Shown in pieces: positions 1-11,035 of a stretch of DNA of 64,000 nt (position 1 is its first letter; each line of letters starts with the position of its first letter). The stretch covers positions 9,610,001 through 9,674,000 of the forward strand of contig NC_043025.1 in the NCBI RefSeq assembly GCF_006345805.1, in the 5' to 3' direction. The DNA is from Octopus sinensis. Its lineage: Eukaryota. Both the position numbers and the translations under genes were made by a program. The notes under the pieces are model-generated. The model saw nothing but the letters and a program-made list of their open reading frames with translations, had not been told where the DNA came from and made no database searches.

Positions 1-153
1 CAGTCCTCAGTCAAACTGTCCAACCCATGTCAGCATGGAAAGGCGCAGGAGTTGATGTGTGGTAATTAGCTTGCTTACCAACCACATGGTTCAGGTTTCA
101 GTCCCACTGCGTGGCATCTTGGGCAAGTGTCTTCTACTATAGCCTCGGGCCGA

Positions 154-190
<37 letters not shown>

Positions 191-1553
191 TATATGTATA
201 CAGACATATATATATATGTACATATATAAAATATATATATATATACATATATATATATACATACATGTACATATATAAAAATATATATATATACATATAT
301 ATACATACATATTCATATATATATATATATGTATATATATGTATATATATAGAGATATATATATATATATATATATATGTACATACATACACACTCACAC
401 ACACACAAACACAATATTTTGCTGCCTCCATTTTTACATAGTTGTTCAACAGAAATATTTGCATGTAGATTTCCTTAATTATCTCCATTCTTCAACTTAA
501 AACAACCTGACACATCACACCACAACACCTTGGTGATTCTTTTTTTCTCCTTTGCAAAACCGTAATTGTCAACAAACAACGCTGTGATGTCATTGCTATG
601 GCATCACTAGTGGTATGCGTTACTTGCTAATTATTCTTCGTTGCACAGGTAGGTCACAATGTAGCCAGAACAGGAAAACGGAATATAATAATAATAATGA
701 TGATAATAATAAAAAAAAAAATAGCTGAATGTAACACTAATTAAATTACAAGAAACTTGGCCAGAAAAGAGAGAGCGGTGTAATAAGGAATAGGGGGATG
801 TGTGGAAGGATGGTGGAGGAGAGAGAGAGGAGAGAAAAAGAGGGAGAAGAGATTGGTTGGATGGATGGATGGGTGAAGGGTTTGATGTAATAAGGAATAG
901 GGGCGAGGGAGGGGATGTGTGGCAAGGATGGTCAGGAGGGATGAAGAGGATAGATAGATGGACAGATGGCTAGATGGAGGAGAGTGGGTGAGAGAGAGGA
1001 GAGGAGAGGAAAAGGAAGGGAGAACAGATTGGTTGGATGGATGGATGGGTGAAGGGTTTGATGTAATAAGGAACAGTAGAATAGGCGGCAAGCTGGCAGA
1101 ATCGTTAGCACGGCGAGCGAAATGCGTAGCCGTATTTTGTCTGCCATTACGTTCTGAGTTCAAATTCCGCCGAGGTCGACTTTGCCTTTCATCCTTTCGG
1201 GGTTGATAAATTAAGTACCAGTTACGCACTGGGTTGGATATAATCAACTTAATCCATTTGTCTGTCCTTGTTTGTCGCCTCTGTGTGTAGCCCCTTGAGG
1301 GTAGTAAAGAAATAAGGAACAGGGGTGGGGGAGGGGGAATGTGTGAAAGGATGGTCAGGAGATGGCTGGGTGGACAAGAGGATGGATGGATGGGTGTGGA
1401 CAGACAGAAGGAGAGAGGAACAGACAGAGCAAGGGATAAACAGATGGATGTATGGATAGGCACATGGATGCTTAGCTGAGTGGGTAGATGGGTAGATTGA
1501 CAGGTGGACAGATGCCTGTATAGAACAATGGGTGGATGGATGAATGTCTAGAC

Positions 1554-1903
1554 CAGTGCTTTTCAAACTTTTTGCTGGAGCGGAATCCCAAGGAAACGTT
1601 CCACTGGCTCGAGGAACCCCTGTGCAATAATTTAATAGTCTTATGCACACATATCTGCACAGGAGAATTAAAAATTACTGCCGATTTTAGCAGTTTTGTG
1701 ACTTCTTGCGGAACCTCAAGGAAACGTTCCACTGGCTCGAGGAACCCCTGAGCAATAGTTTAATAGTCTTATGCACACATATCTGCACAGGAGAATTAAA
1801 AATTACGTAACTTCTTGCGGAACCCTTGGACTGTACTGGCGGTACCCCTGCACTGTACTGGTGGAACCCTAAGGTTTCGCGGAACCCTGGTTGAAAACCA
1901 CTG
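1554..1903. mobile_element. hAT (Charlie-like) MITE
   Basis: TIRs CAGTGCTTTTCAAAC / GGTTGAAAACCACTG; exact 8-bp TSD GTCTAGAC at 1546-1553 and 1904-1911; internal duplication of about 110 bp. Confidence 0.9.
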
Positions 1904-2088
1904 GTCTAGACAGATAGATGTTTCCATCCTACAAAACCACACAAATAATTCAAAGAGCTAATTTCCTCATCCAAGCTATATTTTGTGTTTCGGATTATCT
2001 TGTGTGTGTAGTTCTTTGTTCTCTGCCTTGTTGCTCACATCAGATGTTTATACGAGTGTGTGTGTGTACAGAGAGAAAGAGAGATACA

Positions 2089-2126
<38 letters not shown>

Positions 2127-2127
<1 letters not shown>

Positions 2128-2639
2128 TAGCAGTATCGCCGGCGTTGCTCGGGTTTGTAAGGGAAATAACTATATAAGCATTTTTAGAGAGTTACTCCCT
2201 TATAGATGCCAATTCGGGCTTTCTTAGCCATTTCTGTTTTGGTGTCTTCAAGCCATGAAGTCGTTGTTCTAAAAGAACGCTGGTCTCCTTGACAACGCAT
2301 TACGACGTTGATTTCCTTACACTCCCTTCCCCACAGCTTCGCGAGGGAGGGAAGAAGGGGGAGAAGCAAACACAGGTGCAGCTGTGACCATGGACGCCAA
2401 CTCCGCCACCATCGACACACGAAAAATTATGCATTAAAATGGAATAAAAAATTATGTTAAATTATTTTTAAAATCGTAGACTCATCGTAGACGTGCGCTA
2501 ATAGTCAGACGGGCTCGATATTAATCACGACTATAAGCTACCCGAATTTGGTTAAACTGTACCGCAAAATGTGGGAGTAGTTAGGAATCTAAATCGAAGG
2601 GGACAGACACTCACACAACTACAGTTTTATATATATAGA
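2127..2639 (-). mobile_element. Non-autonomous Helitron
   Basis: Minus strand 5' TCTATATATATAAAA; 3' GC hairpin then CTAG; A^T insertion, no TSD. Related copies at 10740-10985 (+), 22373-22720 (-), 23295-23602 (-) and 57644-57932 (+). Confidence 0.82.
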
Positions 2640-3399
2640 TATATATACTAGCATTACGACCCGTCTTTGCTGGTCATAGTGCTAGTGCATGTATATATGT
2701 GTATATATATGTGTACATATTGCATGTACATCTATATATATACATCTATGCATAAAATACAAAATACAAAGTTATATCTTGATATCGCTAGTGATAACAA
2801 TACTGAAAATATATAACAGACTGGAATTGTAGGACTATTCCATTTCTGCACACTAAGTTTATTTTTTATTTATTCCCATTCATGTGAAACCACTGATTCA
2901 AGTTCAAGTCATTGATGCAATTTAATACCAATTGCTATTTTTACTTTTGTTATGTTATGATTATATTATACTTTAGTTTGATTTTAATTATTACTTACTA
3001 CATATAATTCAATTGTAATTATTATTTTTATTGTTAAAGTGAAAGTATCTGACATAAAATAGAGAAATATTTTGTTTCACTTTTAACACATAATACTGAA
3101 ATAGTGGAGAAGATATGATATTGCTATGGGCTCGCTCTAGGCAAGAAGTTGAACCTTTTTTTTTTGCCCATGAAACTACATGGACCCTAAGTAAGGCATG
3201 CGTAAAATTTGAATGAAATTGGTTGTGTAGTTCTCAAGTTTTAGGGAAACACACAGACAGACAGACAGACACACATTCTCAGTTTTATATATATGAAAAG
3301 ATATCATCATCAACGTCCGTTTTCCGCGCTAGCACAGATATATATATATATATATATATCTTTTTATATATATAAAACTGAGAATGAGTGTGTCTGTCT

Positions 3400-3432
<33 letters not shown>

Positions 3433-3485
3433 GTGTGTGTGTATACTTAAATATGTATATGTGTATATATATATATATATATAGC

Positions 3486-3517
<32 letters not shown>

Positions 3518-3697
3518 GCATATACCTAGAGATAGATATGAATGCACACACAAACACACACATATTTGTATACAACCATACAGACATTTATATATATACA
3601 TATATTATAATGGCGGTGCCCCAGCATGGCCACAGCTCATAAGCTGAACTAGAATCAATCAATCAATCAATCATATATATACATATATTATATATAT

Positions 3698-3748
<51 letters not shown>

Positions 3749-3896
3749 GTAAATGCACACGTGCACTCTCTCTCTCTCATTTTTCTCCTCTCTTTCTTTC
3801 TCACATACACACATACACCTACACACACACACACACAAACCTATAAAAGAGTTAAAGGGCAACAAAATAAAAACAGCCCTTCCGTCACAAACCTAC

Positions 3897-4023
3897 CGTG
3901 TCTGAATCGTTTTCCGCTTCCACCACTGGGAATCCACAGGAAGTTTCCACTTTGAGGAGATCCACAATTTTACCCACCGAACAAATGGTTGGAACACAAA
4001 CCACTGGCTTGCTCATGATGTCG
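3897..4023 (-). CDS. CLCN7: CLC-7-like exon (CBS1): (S)DIMSKPVVCVPTICSVGKIVDLLKVETSCGFPVVEAENDSDT
   Basis: 127 nt, tttcAG / GTAGGT, phase 2/0. CBS motifs DIMSxPV and GFPVV. Confidence 0.92.
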
Positions 4024-4056
4024 CTGAAATATTGAGACAAAGAGGAAATATATATA

Positions 4057-4800
4057 GGCGCAGGAGTGGCTGTGTGGTCAGTAGCTTGTTTACCAACCAC
4101 ATGGTTCCGGGTTCAGTCCCACTGCGTGGCACCTTGGGCAAGTGTCTTCTGCTATAGCTTCGGGCCGACCAAAGCCTTGTGAGTGGATTTGGTAGACGGA
4201 AACTGAAAGAAGCCTGTCGTATATATATATATAGGCGTAGGAGTGGCTGTGTGGTAAGTAGCTTGTTTACCAACCACATGGGTCCGGGTTCAGTCCCACT
4301 GCGTGGCACCTTGGGCAAGTGTCTTCTACTATAGCCTCGGGCTGACCAAAACCTTGTGAGTAGATTTGGTAGACGGAAACTGAAAGAAGCCTGTCGTATA
4401 TATATATATATGGCCGTAGGAGTGGCTGTGTGGTAAGTAGCTTGTTTACCAACCACATGTTTCCGGTTCAGTCCCACTGCATGGCACCTTGGGCAAGTGT
4501 CTTCTATATAAGCCTCGGGCCGACCAAAGCCTTGTCAGTGGATTTGGGGTAGACGGAAACTGAAAGAAGCCCGTCGTATATATGTATATATATATATATG
4601 CGTGTGTGTGTTTGTGTGTCTGTGTTTGTCCACCTAAAGCTGGTGTGTTTATGTCCCCGTTACTTAGCGGTTCGGCAAAAGAGACCGATAGAATAAGTAC
4701 TGGGCTTACAAAAAGAATAAGTCCCAGGGTCGATTTGCACGACTAAAGGCGGTGCTCCAGCACGGCCGCAGTCAAATGACTGAAACAAGTAAAAGAGTAT
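4057..4800 (+). mobile_element. SINE family S1 (tRNA-like head, (TA)n(TG)n linker, 3' module, (AAAAGAGT)n tail): two head-only copies plus one full copy
   Basis: Pol III box A/B-like GGCTGTGTGG...GGTTCAGTCCC; about 400-bp unit repeated throughout the window. Confidence 0.88.
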
Positions 4801-5456
4801 AGGGTTCATATATGAGGGGGTGCCGAAAAGCTCCTGATTTTGGGTAACAGAAAATACAGGAGAATCAGTTAATTATGATTTTATTCAACATATTCCCCTC
4901 TCAGACTCCCACACTTATTGCAGCAGTCCTTCAGCTTTTTCTAAGTCCTGTAAGGAGTGGGTGTGTGGTAAGTAGCTTGCTTACCAACCACATGCTTCTG
5001 GGATCAGTCCCACTGTGTGGCACCTTGGGCAAGTGTCTTCTGCTATAGCCTTGGGCCGACGAAAGCTGGGGAACACATACGCCATTGAAACAGGGAAACC
5101 GAGCCCATGAGCCTGGCTAAGCTTTAAAAGGGCACATTTATGTATATATATGTATAGTGGAGGCACGTGGTTTAGTGGTTAGGGTGTCAGCATCATGATT
5201 GTAAGATTGTGGTTTCGATTCCTGGACTGGGCGACGCGTTGTGTTCTTGAGCAAAACACTTCATCTCCCGTTGCTCCAGTCCACTCAGCTGGCAAAAAGG
5301 AGTAACACTGCGATGGACTGGCATCCCGTCCAGCTGGGGAACACATACGCCATAGAAACCAGGAAACCGGGCCCATGAGCCTGGCTAGGCTTTAAAAGGG
5401 CACATTTATTATTTATTATATTAATTCCCATTATGTCCTTTATATTGTATCGAAAT

Positions 5457-6171
5457 TTCATGCATTTATTTGTAAAGTCAAGGAAGTTATTAAAGATTGA
5501 AACCCCTCAGTGACTTTTGGAACCCCTTGTATATTTTATGTGGACCTGCAGGGCTCTTATGACCCCTGTTGGGAACCATTGATACTTGATTTATCATTTT
5601 TTCATGCATTTATTTGTAAAGTCAAGGAAGTTATTAAAAATTGAAACCCCTCAGTGACTTTTGGAACCCCTTGTATATTTTATGTGGACCTGCAGGGCTC
5701 TTATGACCCCTGTTGGGAACCATTGATACTTGATTTATCATTTTTTCATGCATTTATTTGTAAAGTCAAGGAAGTTATTAAAAATTGAAACCCCTCAGTG
5801 ACTTTTGAACCCCTTGTATATTTTATATGTGGACCTGCAGGGCTCTTATGACCCCTGTTGGGAACCATTGATACTTGATTTATCATTTTTTCATGCATTT
5901 ATTTGTAAAGTCAAGGAAGTTATTAAAAATTGAAACCCCTCAGTGACTTTTGGAACCCCTTGTATATTTTATGTGGACCTGCAGGGCTCTTATGACCCCT
6001 GTTGGGAACCATTGATACTTGATTTATCATTTTTTCATGCATTTATTTGTAAAGTCAAGGAAGTTATTAAAGATTGAAACTCCTCAGTGACTTTTGGAAC
6101 CCCTTGTATATTTTATGTGGACCTGCAGGGCTCTTATGACCCCTGTTGGGAACCATTGATACTTGATTTAT
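5457..6171. repeat. Minisatellite, 5 x 144 bp
   Basis: Units start at 5461, 5605, 5749, 5894 and 6038; nearly identical. Confidence 0.95.
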
Positions 6172-6248
6172 CTAAATATATGGCATTGGCTGATTTGAGT
6201 TATTTCCCTGTAGCTCCCTCTCTGCCCTGCTTTGTTTTCTTTACGTAC

Positions 6249-6334
6249 CTTGCTTTGACATCTTCAAACATTGGCGGGGGTTCCGAGGGGAGCATCGGTA
6301 TACCAGCAACATGGATGTTCATCTCATACAGACC
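6249..6334 (-). CDS. CLCN7: CLC-7-like exon: GLYEMNIHVAGIPMLPSEPPPMFEDVKA(S)
   Basis: 86 nt, ttattAG / GTACGT, phase 0/2. GLY(D/E) carries the central Cl- site tyrosine. Confidence 0.92.
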
Positions 6335-6704
6335 CTAATAAGGAGAAAAAAGGGGAAGGTTTATAACAATGGCAAAATTATCAGGGTGAATTAATCCTTT
6401 TTGATTACCTATTTCTTTATTACCCACACGGGGCTAAACACAGAGGGGACAAACAAGGACAGACATAGGTATTAAGTCGATTACATCGACCCCAGTGCGT
6501 AACTGGTACTTAATTTATCAACCCTGAAAGGATGAAAGGCAAAGTCGACCTCGGCGGAATTTGAACTCACAACGTAACGGCAGACGAAATACCTCTAAGC
6601 ATTTCGTCCGGCGTGCTAACGTTTCTGCCAGCTCGCCTCCTTTGATTACCATGATGCATTGCTCTGTATCTCTGCTCCTTTTTCCTTGAATTATCTTTCT
6701 TCTT

Positions 6705-6995
6705 GTGGAGGAGCAATAGCCCAGTGGTTAGGGCAGCGGATTCGCGGTCGGAGGATTGCGGTTTCGATCCCAGACCGGGCGTTGTGTGTGTGTTTATTGA
6801 GCGAAAACACCTAAAGCTCCACGAGGCTCCGGCAGGAGGTGGTGGCAACCCCTGTTGTACTCTTTCGCCCCAACTTACTCTCACTCTCTCTTCTGCGATG
6901 GACTGGTGTCCCGACCAGCTGGAGGGAAACACATACACCACAGAAGCTGGCAAACCGGGCCCATGAGCCTGGCTAGGCTTGAAAAGGGCGCATAA
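6705..6995 (+). mobile_element. S2-headed SINE with tail type 3 (MetaSINE-like GCGATGGACTGG...GAAAC..GG); the same tail follows a different head at 5157-5410
   Basis: Shared tail ...GGGCCCATGAGCCTGGCTAGGCTT. Confidence 0.75.
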
Positions 6996-8671
6996 ATAAA
7001 ATAATATAAAATAATGTAATCGTCTCATCAGGAAAGAAAGAGAACCCATCTCAACAACAAGACATTATTACAATTTTGATGACTGCATAAATGTATTTGT
7101 TTACTACCCACGAGGGGCTAAACACAGAGGGGACAAACAAGGACAGACAAATGGATTAAGTCGATTATATCGACCCCATTGTGTAACTGGTACTTAATTT
7201 ATCAACCCCCGAAAGGATGAAAGGCAAAGTCAACCTCGGTGGAATTTGAACTCAGAGCGTAGCGGCAGACGAAATACCTATTTCTTTACTACCCACAAGG
7301 AGCTAAACACAGAGGGGACAAACAAGGACAGTCAAAGGGATTAAGTTGATTACATCAACCCCAGTACATAACTGGTACTTAATTTATCGACCCCGAAAGG
7401 ATGAAAGGCAAAGTCGACCTCGGCGGAATTTGAACTCAGAGCGTAATGGCAGACGAAATACCTATTTCTTTACTACCCACAAGGGGCTAAACATAGAGTG
7501 GACAGGACAAACAAGGACAGACAAACGGATTAAGTCGATTACATCGACACCAGTGCGTAACTGGTACTTACTTTATCGACCCCGAAAGGATGAAAGGCAA
7601 AGTCGACCTCGGCAGAATTTGAAATCAGAGCGTAGCGGCAGACGAAATACCACTAAGCATTTCGCCCGGTATGCTACCGTTTCTGCCAGCTCGCCGCCTT
7701 ATGATGACTGCATAAATGATAAACAGAACGCTATTAAGTATTTAAAAAAAACCGTTAGTAGATCCGACGTCAAAGGCAGATACTAGGAAGAGAAGTGTTA
7801 AAGAAATAATAAGTAGAGAACAAATAAAGGGGGATATATTGGTTGAAAAAATGTTCAAAGGCTTGGCAGTAGATTTCTCTTTTGAAGTAAAGTGCAAGGT
7901 GAACTAAATGTTCAAACTATACAGATTGTTATAAATCACTTGGAGGCGCAATGGCCTAGTGGTTAGGGTAGCGGACTCGCGGTTGCAGGATCGCGGTTTC
8001 GATTCCCAGACCGGGCATTGTGAGTGTTTATTGAGCAAAAACACCTAAAAAGATCCACGAGGCTCCGGCAGGGGGCGGTGATCCCTGCTGTACTCTTTCA
8101 CCACTCTTTCTTCTGTTGGCCTGCTCGCTTAGCCAGCGGGGTGGTGTCATTCGAAGGCTAAAACAATGCGAACGCATTGTGACCAGCGATGTGTAACAAC
8201 ATCTGATGGTCTGGTCAGTCACAGTAATCACGTGATGTATATGATATATATACATATAAATATATATGGAACTGAACCCAGAACCATGTGGTTGGTAAGC
8301 AAGCTACTTACCACACAGCCACTCTTGCGTCTATACATACTCTTTTACTTGTTTCAAACGCATTGTGACCAGCGATGTGTAACAACATCTGATGGTCTGG
8401 TCAGTCACAGTAATCACGTGATGTATATGATATTATTATTATTATTATTAGTATTAGTATTAGTATTTTCAGCTTCGCCTCGTATTGCATTTTCTGTATA
8501 ATTTATTAGTTATTGTTGACCATCGGTTTCCGGCCTCGTGTCTCGCTAAATACAGAATAGATATTTAAGTTTCTCCATACAGGGGTTTTTCAATGGCGGC
8601 CGATTTTCGCGGGGTTCCACTATTCCCTTCTCTGTCTCTCTCCCTCTTTTACGTTGTCTGCCCTCCCCCCT

Positions 8672-9154
8672 ATTTATGTTCCTAACACTAGCTTAATGAT
8701 AACTAAGTTATTTTACTAAATTCTTTGTCATATTTAGAATTAATTGAAAGAAACACAGAACATCTCAACAGAAATATGGTTAACAAAAGGGTTAAGAAGA
8801 AAAATAATCAGCAGAAGACATGAGAGAAGGAGACCTCAATCTGGCCACTCTATATGCTAGAAATAATAGCCTAAATTTCCTTCAATACACACCCTTCCAA
8901 CTGCTTCTAATGTGCATCTGCCCAAATGTAGAGGTGTGTTTAACCCTTTCATTACCAACCTGGCTCTGGCTCTGAGTACAAATGTCTTGTTTTCATAAGT
9001 TCTGAATTAAAATCTTCCACCAAACCTTAGTCACAATTTATGTTCCTAACACTAGCTTAATGATAACTAAGTTATTTTACTAAATTCTTTGTTATATTTA
9101 AAATTAATTGAAAAAACCACAGAGCATCTCTAAATATAGTAACAAAAGGGTTAA
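8672..9154. mobile_element. Two piggyBac-like MITEs (left one truncated) around a 144-bp spacer
   Basis: TTAA at 8792-8795, 8940-8943 and 9151-9154. Confidence 0.8.
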
Positions 9155-9282
9155 AGCTACTAAATCCACTCACAAGGTTTTTGTCCCCCTGGGGTTACAG
9201 TAGAAGACACTTGCTCGAGGTGCCAGGCAGTAGGACTGAACCCAAGACTGCATGGTTCCAAAGCAAGCTTCTTAACCCCCGT

Positions 9283-9912
9283 CTGGCACCTGTGTCGGTG
9301 GCACATAAAAACACCATCCGAGCGTGGCCGTCTGCCAGCCTCATCTGGCACCTGTGTCGGTGGCACATAAAAACACCATCCGAGCATGGCCGTCTGCCAG
9401 CCTCATCTGGCACCTGTGTCGGTGGCACATAAAAACACCATCCGAGCGTGGCCGTCTGCCAGCCTCATCTGGCACCTGTGTCGGTGGCACATAAAAACAC
9501 CATCCGAGCGTGGCCGTCTGCCAGCCTCATCTGGCACCTGTGTCGGTGGCACATAAAAACACCATCCGAGCGTGGCTGTCTGCCAGCCTCATCTGGCACC
9601 TGTGTCGGTGGCACATAAAAACACCATCCGAGTGTGGCCGTCTGCCAGCCTCATCTGGCACCTGTGTCGGTGGCACATAAAAACACCATCCGAGCGTGGC
9701 CGTTCGCCAGCCTCGTCTGGCACCTGTGTCGGTGGCACATAAAATCACCCACTACACTCTCGGAGTGGTTGGCGTTAGGAAGGGCATCCAGCTGTAGAAA
9801 CACTGCCAGATCTGACTGGCCTGGTGCAGCCTTCGGGCTCCCCAGACCCCAGTTGAACCGTCCAACCCATGCTAGCATGGAAAGCGGACGTTAAACGATG
9901 ATGATGATGATG
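9283..9912 (+). mobile_element. RTE LINE 3'-UTR fragment with 7 x 62-bp VNTR
   Basis: Same 3' end as the 34413-36139 element (GGAGTGGTTGGCGTTAGGAAGGGCATCCAGC...TAAAC(GAT)n). Confidence 0.85.
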
Positions 9913-9971
9913 AAGGAAGACCAGAGAAAAAACTTACACAAAAAGAATGGAAACTCGCCCTCGCCACCTAC

Positions 9972-10148
9972 CGTTGAGAAAAAGTCTCCGACCCATTTGG
10001 ATATGATAAGGACCATCATGAGGGGCAGTCCAAGGGTTATGTCACCGGTGCATTCAACCAGAATTACCATTATGCTGATAGTGGTGCGCACAATCCCACC
10101 GAGTTGAGATGCGGCCCCGAGGAGGGCGTATTTGCCCAAATTGTTTTT
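9972..10148 (-). CDS. CLCN7: CLC-7-like exon: [59 protein letters not shown]
   Basis: 177 nt, ttccAG / GTAGGT, phase 0/0. GKYALxGAAxQLGGIVRxTxS is characteristic of CLC-7. Confidence 0.94.
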
Positions 10149-10194
10149 CTGGAATTGGAAAAGAAAAGGAAAAAGAACATGAATACACAAAGGA

Positions 10195-10984
10195 ATACTC
10201 TTTTATTCTTTTACACGTTTCAGGCATTTGGCTGCGGCCATGCTGGAGCACCGCCTTTAGTCGAGTAAATCGACACCCCCCACAGGACTTATTCTTTGTA
10301 AGCCTAGTACTTACACTCTACTGGACTGTTTTGTTGACGCGCTAAGTTATGGGGATATAAACACACTAACATTGATTGTCAAGTGATGGTGGCAGAGACA
10401 AAGACACACACATACATATAAATATATATATACGACGGGCTTCTTTCAGTTTCTGTCTACCAAATTCACTCACAAGGCTTTGGTTGGTCTGAGGAGGCTA
10501 TAGTAGAAGACACTTGCCCAAGATGCCACGCAGTGGAACTGAACACAGAACTATGTGGTTGGTAAGCAAGCTACTTACCACACAGCCACTCCTACACCTA
10601 TATAAATATATATACATATATACGACGGGATTCTTTCAGTTTCCGTCTACCAAATCCACTCACAAGGCTTTGGTCGGCCCGAGGCTATAGTAGAAGACAC
10701 TTGCCCAAGGTGCCACGCAGTGGGACTGAACCCGGAACCTAACTACTCCCACATTTTGCGGTGCAGTTTAACCAAAACCGGGTATCTTATAGTCGTGATT
10801 CATATCGAGCCCTTCTGGGTATTAGCGCGCGTCTACGATAAGTCTATGATTTAAAAAAACATTTACCATCGTTTTTTTTTCCCTTTTTAATGCAGTTTTT
10901 TGCTATTTTTTGGCTATAACTCTCTAAAAATACTTATATAGTTATTTCCCTTACCAACCCGAGCAACGCCGGGTGATACTGCTA

Positions 10985-11035
<51 letters not shown>

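Noticed and set aside
75-488. Many 60-170 aa ORFs rich in YI/CV/HT repeats (also 3293-3865, 31795-32086, 47185-48864, 63612-63845)
   Set aside because: They are translations of (TA)n/(TG)n microsatellites, which lack stop codons in most frames.
741-1463. 240-aa Ser/Pro/Leu-rich ORF
   Set aside because: It is a GA/GGAT low-complexity tract plus an S3 SINE read antisense; no domain and no splice support.
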